64,000 nucleotides of DNA from Bacteroidota bacterium (GTDB lineage Bacteria; Bacteroidota; Bacteroidia; AKYH767-A; 2013-40CM-41-45). The first letter of the stretch is position 1; each line of letters starts with the position of its first letter. A program made the translations under genes and the position numbers. The stretch covers positions 329,293 through 393,292 of the forward strand of contig JADKJP010000007.1 of NCBI GenBank assembly GCA_016720935.1, given 5' to 3'. Positions 29,139 to 38,000 of the stretch are shown here, piece by piece. The notes beneath the pieces were generated by a model. It was not told where the DNA came from. It was given only the letters and a program-made list of their open reading frames with translations, and searched no databases.

Positions 29139-30890
29139 ATGAAATACAAATCAAAATGCCTCTTCCTGATCGTCTTTTTAAACCTGATTTCTACAGGGGC
29201 TTTTTGTGATGAGCCTGTTTCGGTTGATTCCCTTTATACAATAAACCCTTCCTATGAGGAAATAATTGCAGGTTACCGCCACCTCGATTCACTTTATAGT
29301 AAGGCCCGATTAATTCCATATGGGAAGACTGATATTGGTCTTCCACTACATCTCTTTATCATTGATAAAAAAGGTGTTTTTGAGCCACATCGTTTGCATG
29401 AACTTGGCAATATTATTCTATTCATCAACAACGGCATTCACCCTGGAGAACCCGATGGAATTAACGCAAGTCTGATCTGGGCCACTGAATTGTTGAAAAA
29501 CATGGATATGAATCCCATGATGGACAATGTAACCATTTGTATGATTCCTGTCTTCAATATTGACGGAGCATTGAATCGGAGTTGTTGCAGCCGGGCAAAT
29601 CAGGACGGACCTCCGGAATATGGCTTTCGTGGAAATGCACAAAATCTTGATCTGAACAGAGACTTCATCAAATGCGACAGCAGAAATGTTCAGTCACTTA
29701 TTGCCATATTAAGACAATGGGATCCCGATGTATTTCTTGATACGCATGTAAGTGATGGGGCCGACTACCAATATACGATGACACTGATCAGCAGTCAGAC
29801 TGATAAATTGTATCCAATACTAGGCAAGACAATGAAAGAAACACTGACTCCATTTCTTTTCAAAAAAATGAAACAGAAAGGGGAAGAAATGACTCCTTAT
29901 GTGGATACAAAGGATTATGACGATATTCCGGAGAGTGGGATCAGATCATTTCTGGAGCTGCCCAGATTTGCTTCCGGTTATTGTAGTTTGTTCAATACTT
30001 TCCCTTTTATAGCAGAAACGCACATGCTAAAACCTTTTTCGGAAAGGGTGATCTCCACAGTAAAACTGATGGAGTCTATCCTGGAAATGAGTAGTTCTGA
30101 ATCTGAAAAAATTTATGAAGCAAGAAAACTTGCGAAGCAGGAAGACATCTCTAGAAAATTATTTCCTACCAATTGGGAATTGGATACTAATTATTCTGAA
30201 CTGATCAATTTTAAAGGATATGAAGCGGAGACAAAAATCAGTACGGTAACCGGGCTACCTCAGACATACTATAATCATAACAAACCTTTTGATAAGAAAA
30301 TAAAATTTCAACCAAAGTACATTGCCGCAGATACGATTTCAGCTCCGATGTATTATTTGATACCTCAAGCCTGGTATAAAGTAGCCAACAACCTTGAGCA
30401 AAGTAAAATCCGACTGATCACTGTTAAGGCAGATTCTACAACGATGGCTGAAGTTATCTATATCGAATCCTACGAAACAACAGATAGTCCTTATGAAGGA
30501 CATTACCTTCACCACAACACCAAAGTGTCAAAGAAGCTTGAGAAAGTGCAGGTTATGAAAGGCGATTATCTTGTTCCTATGTTCCAGGAAAACAGTCGTT
30601 TTTTGGTGGAGACTCTTGAGCCTGTGGCTGCCGACAGCTATTTTAACTGGGGATTTTTTGATGCTGTACTTCAACAAAAAGAATGGTTCTCAGGTTATGT
30701 ATTCGAACCGGTAGCTGAAAAATTACTTCAGGAAAATCCGGGGTTGAAAAAAGAATTTGAAGACAAGAAACTGAAGGAACCTGAATTCGCGAAAGACTCA
30801 TTTTCCCAACTTTATTTTATTTACCGGCATTCCCCCTATTTTGAAAAGAGTTTCCAGAGATATCCGGTGATTCGCATTGGTACTCGGTGA
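29139..30890 (+). CDS. M14-family zinc carboxypeptidase-like protein (secreted)
   Basis: The signal peptide is followed by HxxE zinc-ligand context NNGIHPGEPDG, an NRDF motif and a downstream FLDTHVSDGADY, which is a candidate third His ligand. The M14 family assignment is tentative. Confidence 0.5.
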   Translation: MKYKSKCLFLIVFLNLISTGAFCDEPVSVDSLYTINPSYEEIIAGYRHLDSLYSKARLIPYGKTDIGLPLHLFIIDKKGVFEPHRLHELGNIILFINNGIHPGEPDGINASLIWATELLKNMDMNPMMDNVTICMIPVFNIDGALNRSCCSRANQDGPPEYGFRGNAQNLDLNRDFIKCDSRNVQSLIAILRQWDPDVFLDTHVSDGADYQYTMTLISSQTDKLYPILGKTMKETLTPFLFKKMKQKGEEMTPYVDTKDYDDIPESGIRSFLELPRFASGYCSLFNTFPFIAETHMLKPFSERVISTVKLMESILEMSSSESEKIYEARKLAKQEDISRKLFPTNWELDTNYSELINFKGYEAETKISTVTGLPQTYYNHNKPFDKKIKFQPKYIAADTISAPMYYLIPQAWYKVANNLEQSKIRLITVKADSTTMAEVIYIESYETTDSPYEGHYLHHNTKVSKKLEKVQVMKGDYLVPMFQENSRFLVETLEPVAADSYFNWGFFDAVLQQKEWFSGYVFEPVAEKLLQENPGLKKEFEDKKLKEPEFAKDSFSQLYFIYRHSPYFEKSFQRYPVIRIGTR

Positions 30891-30943
30891 TTTGCTCTGT
30901 ATTTATCCGAAAAATCAGAATTAATTTAAACGAAGATTTGATC

Positions 30944-30987
30944 AAAAAAAAAGAAACGCGGTGATTTCTCACCGCGCTCTTTTTTTA
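30944..30987. terminator. Bidirectional Rho-independent terminator
   Basis: aaaaaaaaagaaacGCGCGGTGAtttcTCACCGCGCtcttttttt: a 9-bp GC stem. Confidence 0.85.
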
Positions 30988-31007
30988 CACTTCATGTATG
31001 GGTTATT

Positions 31008-31382
31008 TTATTCAGGATCGAATCCGCTGACTCGATATAAATGTTCCATTTGCTGTGACAATTCACGAATCAACTGAAGATCATTTTCAGAAAGATTGCT
31101 ATAATCATGTTCAACGGCATTTTTCTTTTGCGAATGTACTACCAACGGAACCTGTACAGGTTCAGAGAGCATATAAGAAAGCAATCCATTGTAATATTTT
31201 TGTCTTTCCGAAGGTACCAGTTTCTGTATCAGAGACTGAATACTTTTTACGTGACGGTCGATTTCAAATTCTATCTGCGCACGGTTATTTTGAAGACTAA
31301 CCACCTTCATTTCAGGTGATCCTTTTACCTCTTGGGATGTTTTGATTTTTTGCATGTTCCTTTCTGGATTATCTTCATGCAA
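31008..31382 (-). CDS. Hypothetical 124-aa protein encoded immediately downstream of the histidine kinase (possible accessory to the two-component system)
   Basis: It lies on the same strand as the kinase, 46 bp after its stop. It has no signal peptide and is predicted helical. No motif was recognised. Confidence 0.4.
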   Translation of the reverse strand: MHEDNPERNMQKIKTSQEVKGSPEMKVVSLQNNRAQIEFEIDRHVKSIQSLIQKLVPSERQKYYNGLLSYMLSEPVQVPLVVHSQKKNAVEHDYSNLSENDLQLIRELSQQMEHLYRVSGFDPE

Positions 31383-31428
31383 TTTAACTTCATCCCGTGC
31401 GAAGTGTTTTTGAATTCACATGCATTCC

Positions 31429-32814
31429 TTACACCATGATTGTAGCGGCAATAAGTACGGAATCCTTCTGTTTTTTAACGCGAGGCCACATGAACTTGAA
31501 ATCAGAACCTGAACCCGGTGACGATTCTACCCAAATCTTACCACCCTGGTCTTCGATAATTTTTTTAACTATCGCTAATCCGACACCGGTACTCTCTACA
31601 TCGTCACGTCGGTTGAGGGTTTGGAAGATGATAAATATCTTTTCGTGGTATTGAGCTTCAATTCCGGGCCCATTATCCTTTACAGAAAAGACCCAACCTT
31701 CCGGTTGCTCATGTACTGATATATTAATATGGATTTGTTCTTTATCGTTATACCTGATTGCATTTCCGATGAGGTTAGAGAAAACCTGGCTTAAACGGGT
31801 TTTGTCAGTAACCATTTCGGGCATTCCGGGACCAATATCAATTCTCACGTTCTCCGGTTTCCCAATAAAATCTACTGTCTCGTCAATCAGATCCTTGCTA
31901 TTTACTTTCACATCATCACCCGTGCGACGGTCAGCCTTAGAATAATCGAGAATAGCATTGATAAGGTCTTCCATTCTTTTCACACGTTGTTTGATCATAT
32001 CAAAATTGGTGCGCACTTCAGGAATAAGGGTATCACCGGCATCTTCTTCGATCCAGCCTGTGAGGTTTCCAATTGCACGTAATGGTGCTTTGAGATCATG
32101 TGATACGATGGATGCGAATTTGTCCAATTCCCTGTTTGTACGTTCCAGGTGGGTAGTATATTCCTGAAGTTTCTGGTTACTGATTTCCAATTGATTCTTT
32201 TGATCTGTAATCCGTTCAATGATTACGTTTTTACCACTGTGGAGGTAATTACTCTGTGCCGCAACCAAAAACAAGGCGAGAATAAATGTTGTTAAAGCAT
32301 CCTGGTGTATGAGATGAATGTCGTTCTTGAACAAATCATAAGTTGTCCAGGCAGTATATTCCGAAGCGTAAAACAAAAAGATCACGCTGCTGATTCCGAG
32401 AGCTGTAAACCACTTCCCTCCTTTTGTACCCAACAACATGAAAGCGGTCATGATGATCGCACAGATGTACATGGTACCGGTATTCAACAATCCACCGGCA
32501 TTGTAAGCCTGAATGTGTACAACAGAGAAACCTGTTATCAGTGATACAATATAAGCCGTTGTCAATTTTTCATGGCTTCGGACCGCGAAGAAGGTTCCGA
32601 GAATTACCGCTGCAAGACCCAACAGGATAAAACTAAGGATATTCGTTTCCTCGAAGGCAGTCAGAATCTGGATCGCTGTAGAAACGCTGGCAATAAAAGC
32701 AGTGTAGGTGTAGATTCGAAATAATGTAAAACGCTGACGTGACATCAGGTCATCGTACGGGATACTTTCGTACAAATCTTTTCTGAACAATACCCTTAGC
32801 AAATTTTTCATCAC
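31429..32814 (-). CDS. Membrane sensor histidine kinase (multi-TM N-terminal sensor + HisKA + HATPase_c)
   Basis: The N-terminal ~190 aa have 6-7 TM helices. They are followed by a coiled-coil linker, the H-box FASIVSHDLKAPLRAIGNL, the N-box LIGNAIRYNDK and G-boxes DNGPGI...GVGLAIVKKII. Confidence 0.85.
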   Translation of the reverse strand: MMKNLLRVLFRKDLYESIPYDDLMSRQRFTLFRIYTYTAFIASVSTAIQILTAFEETNILSFILLGLAAVILGTFFAVRSHEKLTTAYIVSLITGFSVVHIQAYNAGGLLNTGTMYICAIIMTAFMLLGTKGGKWFTALGISSVIFLFYASEYTAWTTYDLFKNDIHLIHQDALTTFILALFLVAAQSNYLHSGKNVIIERITDQKNQLEISNQKLQEYTTHLERTNRELDKFASIVSHDLKAPLRAIGNLTGWIEEDAGDTLIPEVRTNFDMIKQRVKRMEDLINAILDYSKADRRTGDDVKVNSKDLIDETVDFIGKPENVRIDIGPGMPEMVTDKTRLSQVFSNLIGNAIRYNDKEQIHINISVHEQPEGWVFSVKDNGPGIEAQYHEKIFIIFQTLNRRDDVESTGVGLAIVKKIIEDQGGKIWVESSPGSGSDFKFMWPRVKKQKDSVLIAATIMV

Positions 32815-32870
32815 TTTATTTGTAGTTTGATATCATTAATACCGCTAAAATACTTCAATGGATACCGAAC

Positions 32871-32908
32871 TGTAAGAAATTGTAAGAAATTTTGAACAGT
32901 TTTGAAAC
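32871..32908. promoter_or_regulatory. Perfect tandem 10-bp direct repeat TGTAAGAAAT x2 followed by TTTGAAC(A/.) x2, 57-95 nt upstream of the histidine kinase start; candidate regulator-binding site
   Basis: Read directly: ac TGTAAGAAAT TGTAAGAAAT TTTGAACAGT TTTGAAAC. The repeat lies in the divergent kinase / response regulator intergenic region. Confidence 0.4.
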
Positions 32909-33102
32909 GATTATCCTTAAACAGAACGCCAAAAAATGCTGAATTGCTTGTTCGTAACAACCATGTTTAACTGCATTTCAGTGTTTTATAGTGAATTCAG
33001 TTAAAATTTCGGGTATTTCAATAATTTATGTACTTTGGACCTCAGCATTCCAGAATAGATGCAACCCGATAATTTGGGGTCTCGTATTAATATTAACAAG
33101 TA

Positions 33103-33528
33103 ATGGAAAAAATCGTGAACATACTGCTGGTTGACGACGATGAAGTGGATTGTATGAATGTCCAGAGGGCGTTCAAAAAAAGTAACATTTCTAATCCACT
33201 GTTTATTGCGCATAATGGTGTTGAGGCATTGGATCGCCTTCGTGGAACGAATGGAGTGGAAAAAATTCTGCCCGTTCCCAGGATTATCCTGCTGGACATA
33301 AATATGCCAAAAATGAATGGTCTTGAATTCCTAAAGGAACTCAGGGCTGACAAAGACCTCCATAACATTAGTGTTTTTGTAATGACCACTTCAAACGATG
33401 ACAAAGACCGTTTTGAAGCTTACAACTATAATGTTGCTGGTTATATCATCAAGCCTATCTCCTTTGAAAACTTCGTTGCTGCCGTTTCCATTCTGAATAA
33501 TTTCTGGCAGCTCTGTGAACAGCCTTAA
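33103..33528 (+). CDS. Single-domain response regulator (CheY-like receiver only, no output domain)
   Basis: 141 aa. The acidic pocket ILLVDDDEVD, the phospho-acceptor region IILLDINMPKMNG and the T/K positions MTTSND and IIKP are present. Confidence 0.85.
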   Translation: MEKIVNILLVDDDEVDCMNVQRAFKKSNISNPLFIAHNGVEALDRLRGTNGVEKILPVPRIILLDINMPKMNGLEFLKELRADKDLHNISVFVMTTSNDDKDRFEAYNYNVAGYIIKPISFENFVAAVSILNNFWQLCEQP

Positions 33529-33549
33529 ATGATTCAGCATATAGATATA

Positions 33550-33584
33550 AAAAAAAAGGTCCGGAATCCCGGACCTTTTTTTTA
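33550..33584. terminator. Bidirectional Rho-independent terminator (response regulator / alpha-oxoamine synthase)
   Basis: aaaaaaaaGGTCCGGaatCCCGGACCttttttttat. Confidence 0.85.
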
Positions 33585-33597
33585 TGAATAGCTCATC

Positions 33598-34905
33598 TTA
33601 AGCAACGAGTTTGAAGTGCTTATAAATTTCAGACATACTCGATTTTGAATCCTCAAGTGCCTGAGGCAATTGTTTAGCGATTTCATTCAGGATATTGTCA
33701 ATATCCTCGTAAGTATGCAAGCGATTCATTGGGATGCGTAAACCTGTATTATTATAGGATACACTTGGAAAAACGCTCAGATTAAAATAATAACCCTGGT
33801 TCATCATGCGTTTCACCATATTGTAACCTACATCTGGCTTCCCTACTCCAATGAACCCGATTGGCGAATTGGTCTCATTAATCAAAGGCAATCCTAGTTT
33901 TTTTGCGGTACTATTGAAATACTCCATTTTCAATCGAAGCTCATCCTGGAAAGTGTAAATCTCATCGCTCAGGTGAATTTTAGCAGATTCAACTGTCGCA
34001 CCCAAAACCATTGGAGGCATCTGAATTGAAAAGATAAATGCCTTGCTTGTATTTTTAATCAGATTAAAACTTGCTTCCTCAGGATAAATCAGGAGCCCGC
34101 CGGAAGTACCAAATGCTTTGGTGAGTCCTGTTGTGAGATACAGACGCGGATGGTAATCCCCCTGACTGAGAACATAACCTGTTCCATTCGGACCTGCCCA
34201 GCTCATGCCATGGATATCGTCCAGATACAAATTGAGTTGTTCGTATTGATCAGCCAGTTTGTACAGATCTTTAACCGGAGCATAATCGCCCTGCATAGAA
34301 TATACACCATCGGCCATGTACCAGATTTTGCGATAATCATCTTTCAAAGCCTTGATCCGGCTTTCCAGCATGTCGACTCTGTTGTGGCGAATTAATTCAA
34401 TATGTATATCCCTGTTTCTTAATAATTGAACCGCTGTTTGAACACTGTCATGAACCTGCGAATCCATGATAACCGCATCATCATTGCCTACCAGAATCGG
34501 GATGTTCGACATGTGTCCGACTGTAAGTGATTGCAACAACAAAAGTGGTTTTCCAAAAAACATTTTTTTCAACAATTCTTCTGATTGCTGATAATAACTC
34601 GAAGAAACATATGCACGTGAAGATGAAAATTGAGTTCCGTATTTATTGACTGCTTCAATTGCTCCCGCTTTTATTCTTGGATCATGTTCCAGACCAAGAT
34701 ATCCGCAAGAACCAAAATAGAGCATTTTCTTTCCACGAATAGTAATATGACGACCATCTAAAATTTCATCATCAGTACTGTTATGGACAATACCCAATTT
34801 AGCGGCAATTGAGGCAACCTGGTTGACAATCTCAATTACCATGTCGTGCTTACTCTTAAGATCTGACATAACTAAGGTTTTGGATCCGGCTAAATCGCAG
34901 TTCAA
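33598..34905 (-). CDS. PLP-dependent alpha-oxoamine synthase family acyltransferase (serine palmitoyltransferase / 8-amino-7-oxononanoate synthase / cysteate-acyltransferase-like)
   Basis: 435 aa. The class-II aminotransferase fold contains GSCGYLGL, a D-x-x-H region (DDIHGMSWAG) and the PLP-lysine context LTTGLTKAFGTSGG. There is a ~45-aa N-terminal extension. Confidence 0.7.
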   Translation of the reverse strand: MNCDLAGSKTLVMSDLKSKHDMVIEIVNQVASIAAKLGIVHNSTDDEILDGRHITIRGKKMLYFGSCGYLGLEHDPRIKAGAIEAVNKYGTQFSSSRAYVSSSYYQQSEELLKKMFFGKPLLLLQSLTVGHMSNIPILVGNDDAVIMDSQVHDSVQTAVQLLRNRDIHIELIRHNRVDMLESRIKALKDDYRKIWYMADGVYSMQGDYAPVKDLYKLADQYEQLNLYLDDIHGMSWAGPNGTGYVLSQGDYHPRLYLTTGLTKAFGTSGGLLIYPEEASFNLIKNTSKAFIFSIQMPPMVLGATVESAKIHLSDEIYTFQDELRLKMEYFNSTAKKLGLPLINETNSPIGFIGVGKPDVGYNMVKRMMNQGYYFNLSVFPSVSYNNTGLRIPMNRLHTYEDIDNILNEIAKQLPQALEDSKSSMSEIYKHFKLVA

Positions 34906-35010
34906 CCCAGATCAACGTTGGGGTGATCAAAACGCGTATACAAATCTAAAGAAAGTATAAAATGATCATATTTCCAAAAAAATCTATTTATAAGCAATGT
35001 TTTCAACAGT

Positions 35011-35045
35011 AATAAAAAAGCCCGGTTGAAAGAACCGGGCTTAAA
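35011..35045 (-). terminator. Rho-independent terminator of the giant adhesin gene
   Basis: On the minus strand: AGCCCGGTTCtttcAACCGGGCTttttttatt. Confidence 0.8.
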
Positions 35046-35063
35046 ATTGTGAATAAATGCTAT

Positions 35064-38000
35064 CTATCGGACAACGCTTACATGGCCTATGAGCACATCC
35101 CGCTTGTTGTTCACATCAACCGTAGAAACACGGTATACGTAGGTGTCTGACTGAACCGGATTACCATCCACTTTTCCATCCCATCCTCCGCTAACATTAT
35201 CCCACTCGTAGATTTTTAAGCCCCAACGGTCATAAATGGCAGCTTTCATCTCTACAATATTATAAGAATAAACATGGAAAACATCGTTTTTGGTGTCATT
35301 ATTTGGTGTAAAGGCAGTCGGAATGTAAATCGTAGAACTAGGTCTGATTTCAAGTCTGCTCACAGTAGTATCCACACAACCATTATAATCAACGGTAACC
35401 AGTTGAATATCGTACACTCCGATGTCAGGATATTGGTGGGCAGGAGAATATTCAGTTGATGTTTCACCATCTCCGAAACTCCAGTAATAGAAGCCCGGAC
35501 TGGTTGTTTCATTTACAAAATTAACAAGCGGATAAATATCGCTTGCATGTGATGCATCTGAAATGAAAGTAGAAACAGGACCCTGATAAATATTCACCGC
35601 ATTCGGGCGAACAAGGGTGGTGCTGCAACCGCTATCAGTAGTAGCCGTCAGGGATACCTGATACCATCCCGGGGCTCCATACAGATGCTCAGGGTTTTGA
35701 TCTGTTGTTGCCTGACCATCACCAAATGCCCATTGATACTGTGTAATATTACCGGTTATTGGGAAGGATAAATCAGTCATTTGTGTTGTAACGCCAAAGC
35801 ATACATTCAAGGTCTGGAAATCTACAACCGGTTTAGGAATTACCCTTATCACGCCATCAGTACTATCCTGGCAACCATGATTAGAAGTGATCAACATGTG
35901 AATCGGATAAACTCCGGCATCAACATAAGTGTGATTGGGAGAGGGATCAGCGCCGGTATTACCGTCACCAAAGGTCCAATACCATGAACTGATGTTTCCA
36001 TCCGGAATACTGCTTCCGTCAGTGAAATTCGCCGCATTGTCTTCACATACAGCAGATGTACTGAATGCCGCATCTGGAAGAGCAAAAACATTTACCGTTC
36101 TGCTCAGGGAATCAACACAGCCATGCACAGAGGTGACAAGTAAACTTGCCTGGTAGCTGCCATAGGATGAATATTGATGTGTAGGAGTTGCATTTGATGA
36201 AAGGGTATTGTCTCCAAGATTCCAGCTGTATGCCAGTGGAGTCGCATCACTGATTGAAGAAGCATTTGTAAAAGAAATCGGGTTTCCGAAGCAAACATCC
36301 GTTTGTGAATAGGATGCAACCGGTTTAGCCCAAATGTTGAGCGGTTGTGTAACAGTATCTTTACATCCTGCTGCAGAAGTAACAATCATACTCACGGTAT
36401 AATTGCCCGGGGTATTGTATGGAACAACAGGATTTTGAGCTGAGGAACTTACATTGTTACCAAAATCCCAAGCCCAGGAAGTGACTGTACCTGTGCCGGC
36501 GGTAGAATGATCAGTGAATGTTACATTGTTGAATTGGCAAACAGCTCCAGTACTGGTGAACGAAGCTACAGGCAATGGATTTACATTTACTATAACCTGG
36601 TCGTTATCCTGACATCCGAAAGAATTCGTCACCAAAACATTATAGGTGACGGCGGCATTCGGATTCACATTCATACTGGATGAATTTACATTACCGGGCG
36701 TCCACAAATATGAAGAGCCTCCGGATGCAAACAAGGTTGTTGATTCACCGATACAAATGTCCTGATCTGTACCTGCGTAGGCAACCGGAACAGGATTAAC
36801 CACCACATCTACCACATCCGTACTACGGCAACCATTTGCATCAGTCACTTCTAGAGTATAGGTCGTTGTTGCAGCAGGTGAAACAGTGATGTTCTGTGAA
36901 AGCAAATTACCGGGGTTCCACACATATTGTGACCCACCGGCTCCGGAAAGTGTGGTGTTGAATCCGGGACAAATGCTCGCATTGTTACCTGCATTAGCCA
37001 CTGGTAATGGATTCACACGTACGACATTTAAGGTAGTATCCTTGCAACCGGCATCAGAAGCAACAATCAATTGAACACTGAAATTGCCTGAACCGGCATA
37101 AGTCACGGAAGGATTCTGTTGAGCAGAGTTCTGTCCATTATCAAACGACCAGTTCCAGGAAGAAATAGCTCCTGTTGTAACAGCTGAACCATCTGTAAAA
37201 TTGATCACGTTACCCAAACAAACAGGACCTGAATTAATGAAGGAAGCAACAGGGATCGGATTCACAACCACTGTAACAGTATCATTGCCGGAACATCCGA
37301 TAGCATCACTCACAGTGACAGTATAGGTAGTGGTTAGGGATGGAGTTACAGAGATGGAAGACGTATTAAAGTTGCCGGGAACCCAAAGGTAATTTCCTGC
37401 ACCTGTGCTGGCAGCAAGAGTTACTGATCCGCCTTTACATACACTCAAACCATTGCCGGCATCAACAGTAGGCATTGGATTTACAGTAATGACAACCTGA
37501 TCAGCATCGGTACATCCACCGGCACTGGTAACGGTAAGCGTATAGGTGGTAGTAGACGCCGGAGTTACATTGGCATTTTGTGTACTAATATTGCCTGGAT
37601 TCCAGACATAAGAAGCACCTCCTGAACCAGTGAGTGTAACAGCAGTACCCTGACAAACAGTTTGCGCGGCACCGGCGTTTGCAACCGGAAGCGGATCTAC
37701 AATCACCTGTACAGTATTACTACCCTGACAACTATGGTTATCGGTAACTGTAATTGTATAAGTTGTTGTTGTCGCCGGACTCACATTTATTGATTGAGAT
37801 GCTCCACCCGGTGTCCAGTTGTATGAACTGAAACCATTCGGAGCTGTCAGTGTTGCCTGTGCTCCAACACAAATTTGTTGATTGGCAACAGAAACAGTTG
37901 GATTTGCATAGACTGTTACATCGTGCTGAATCTGATTTTGACAACCTGCTGAATTTGTTACATCAAGAGTAACAGTGAATGTACCCGGTGCGGAAAAAGA

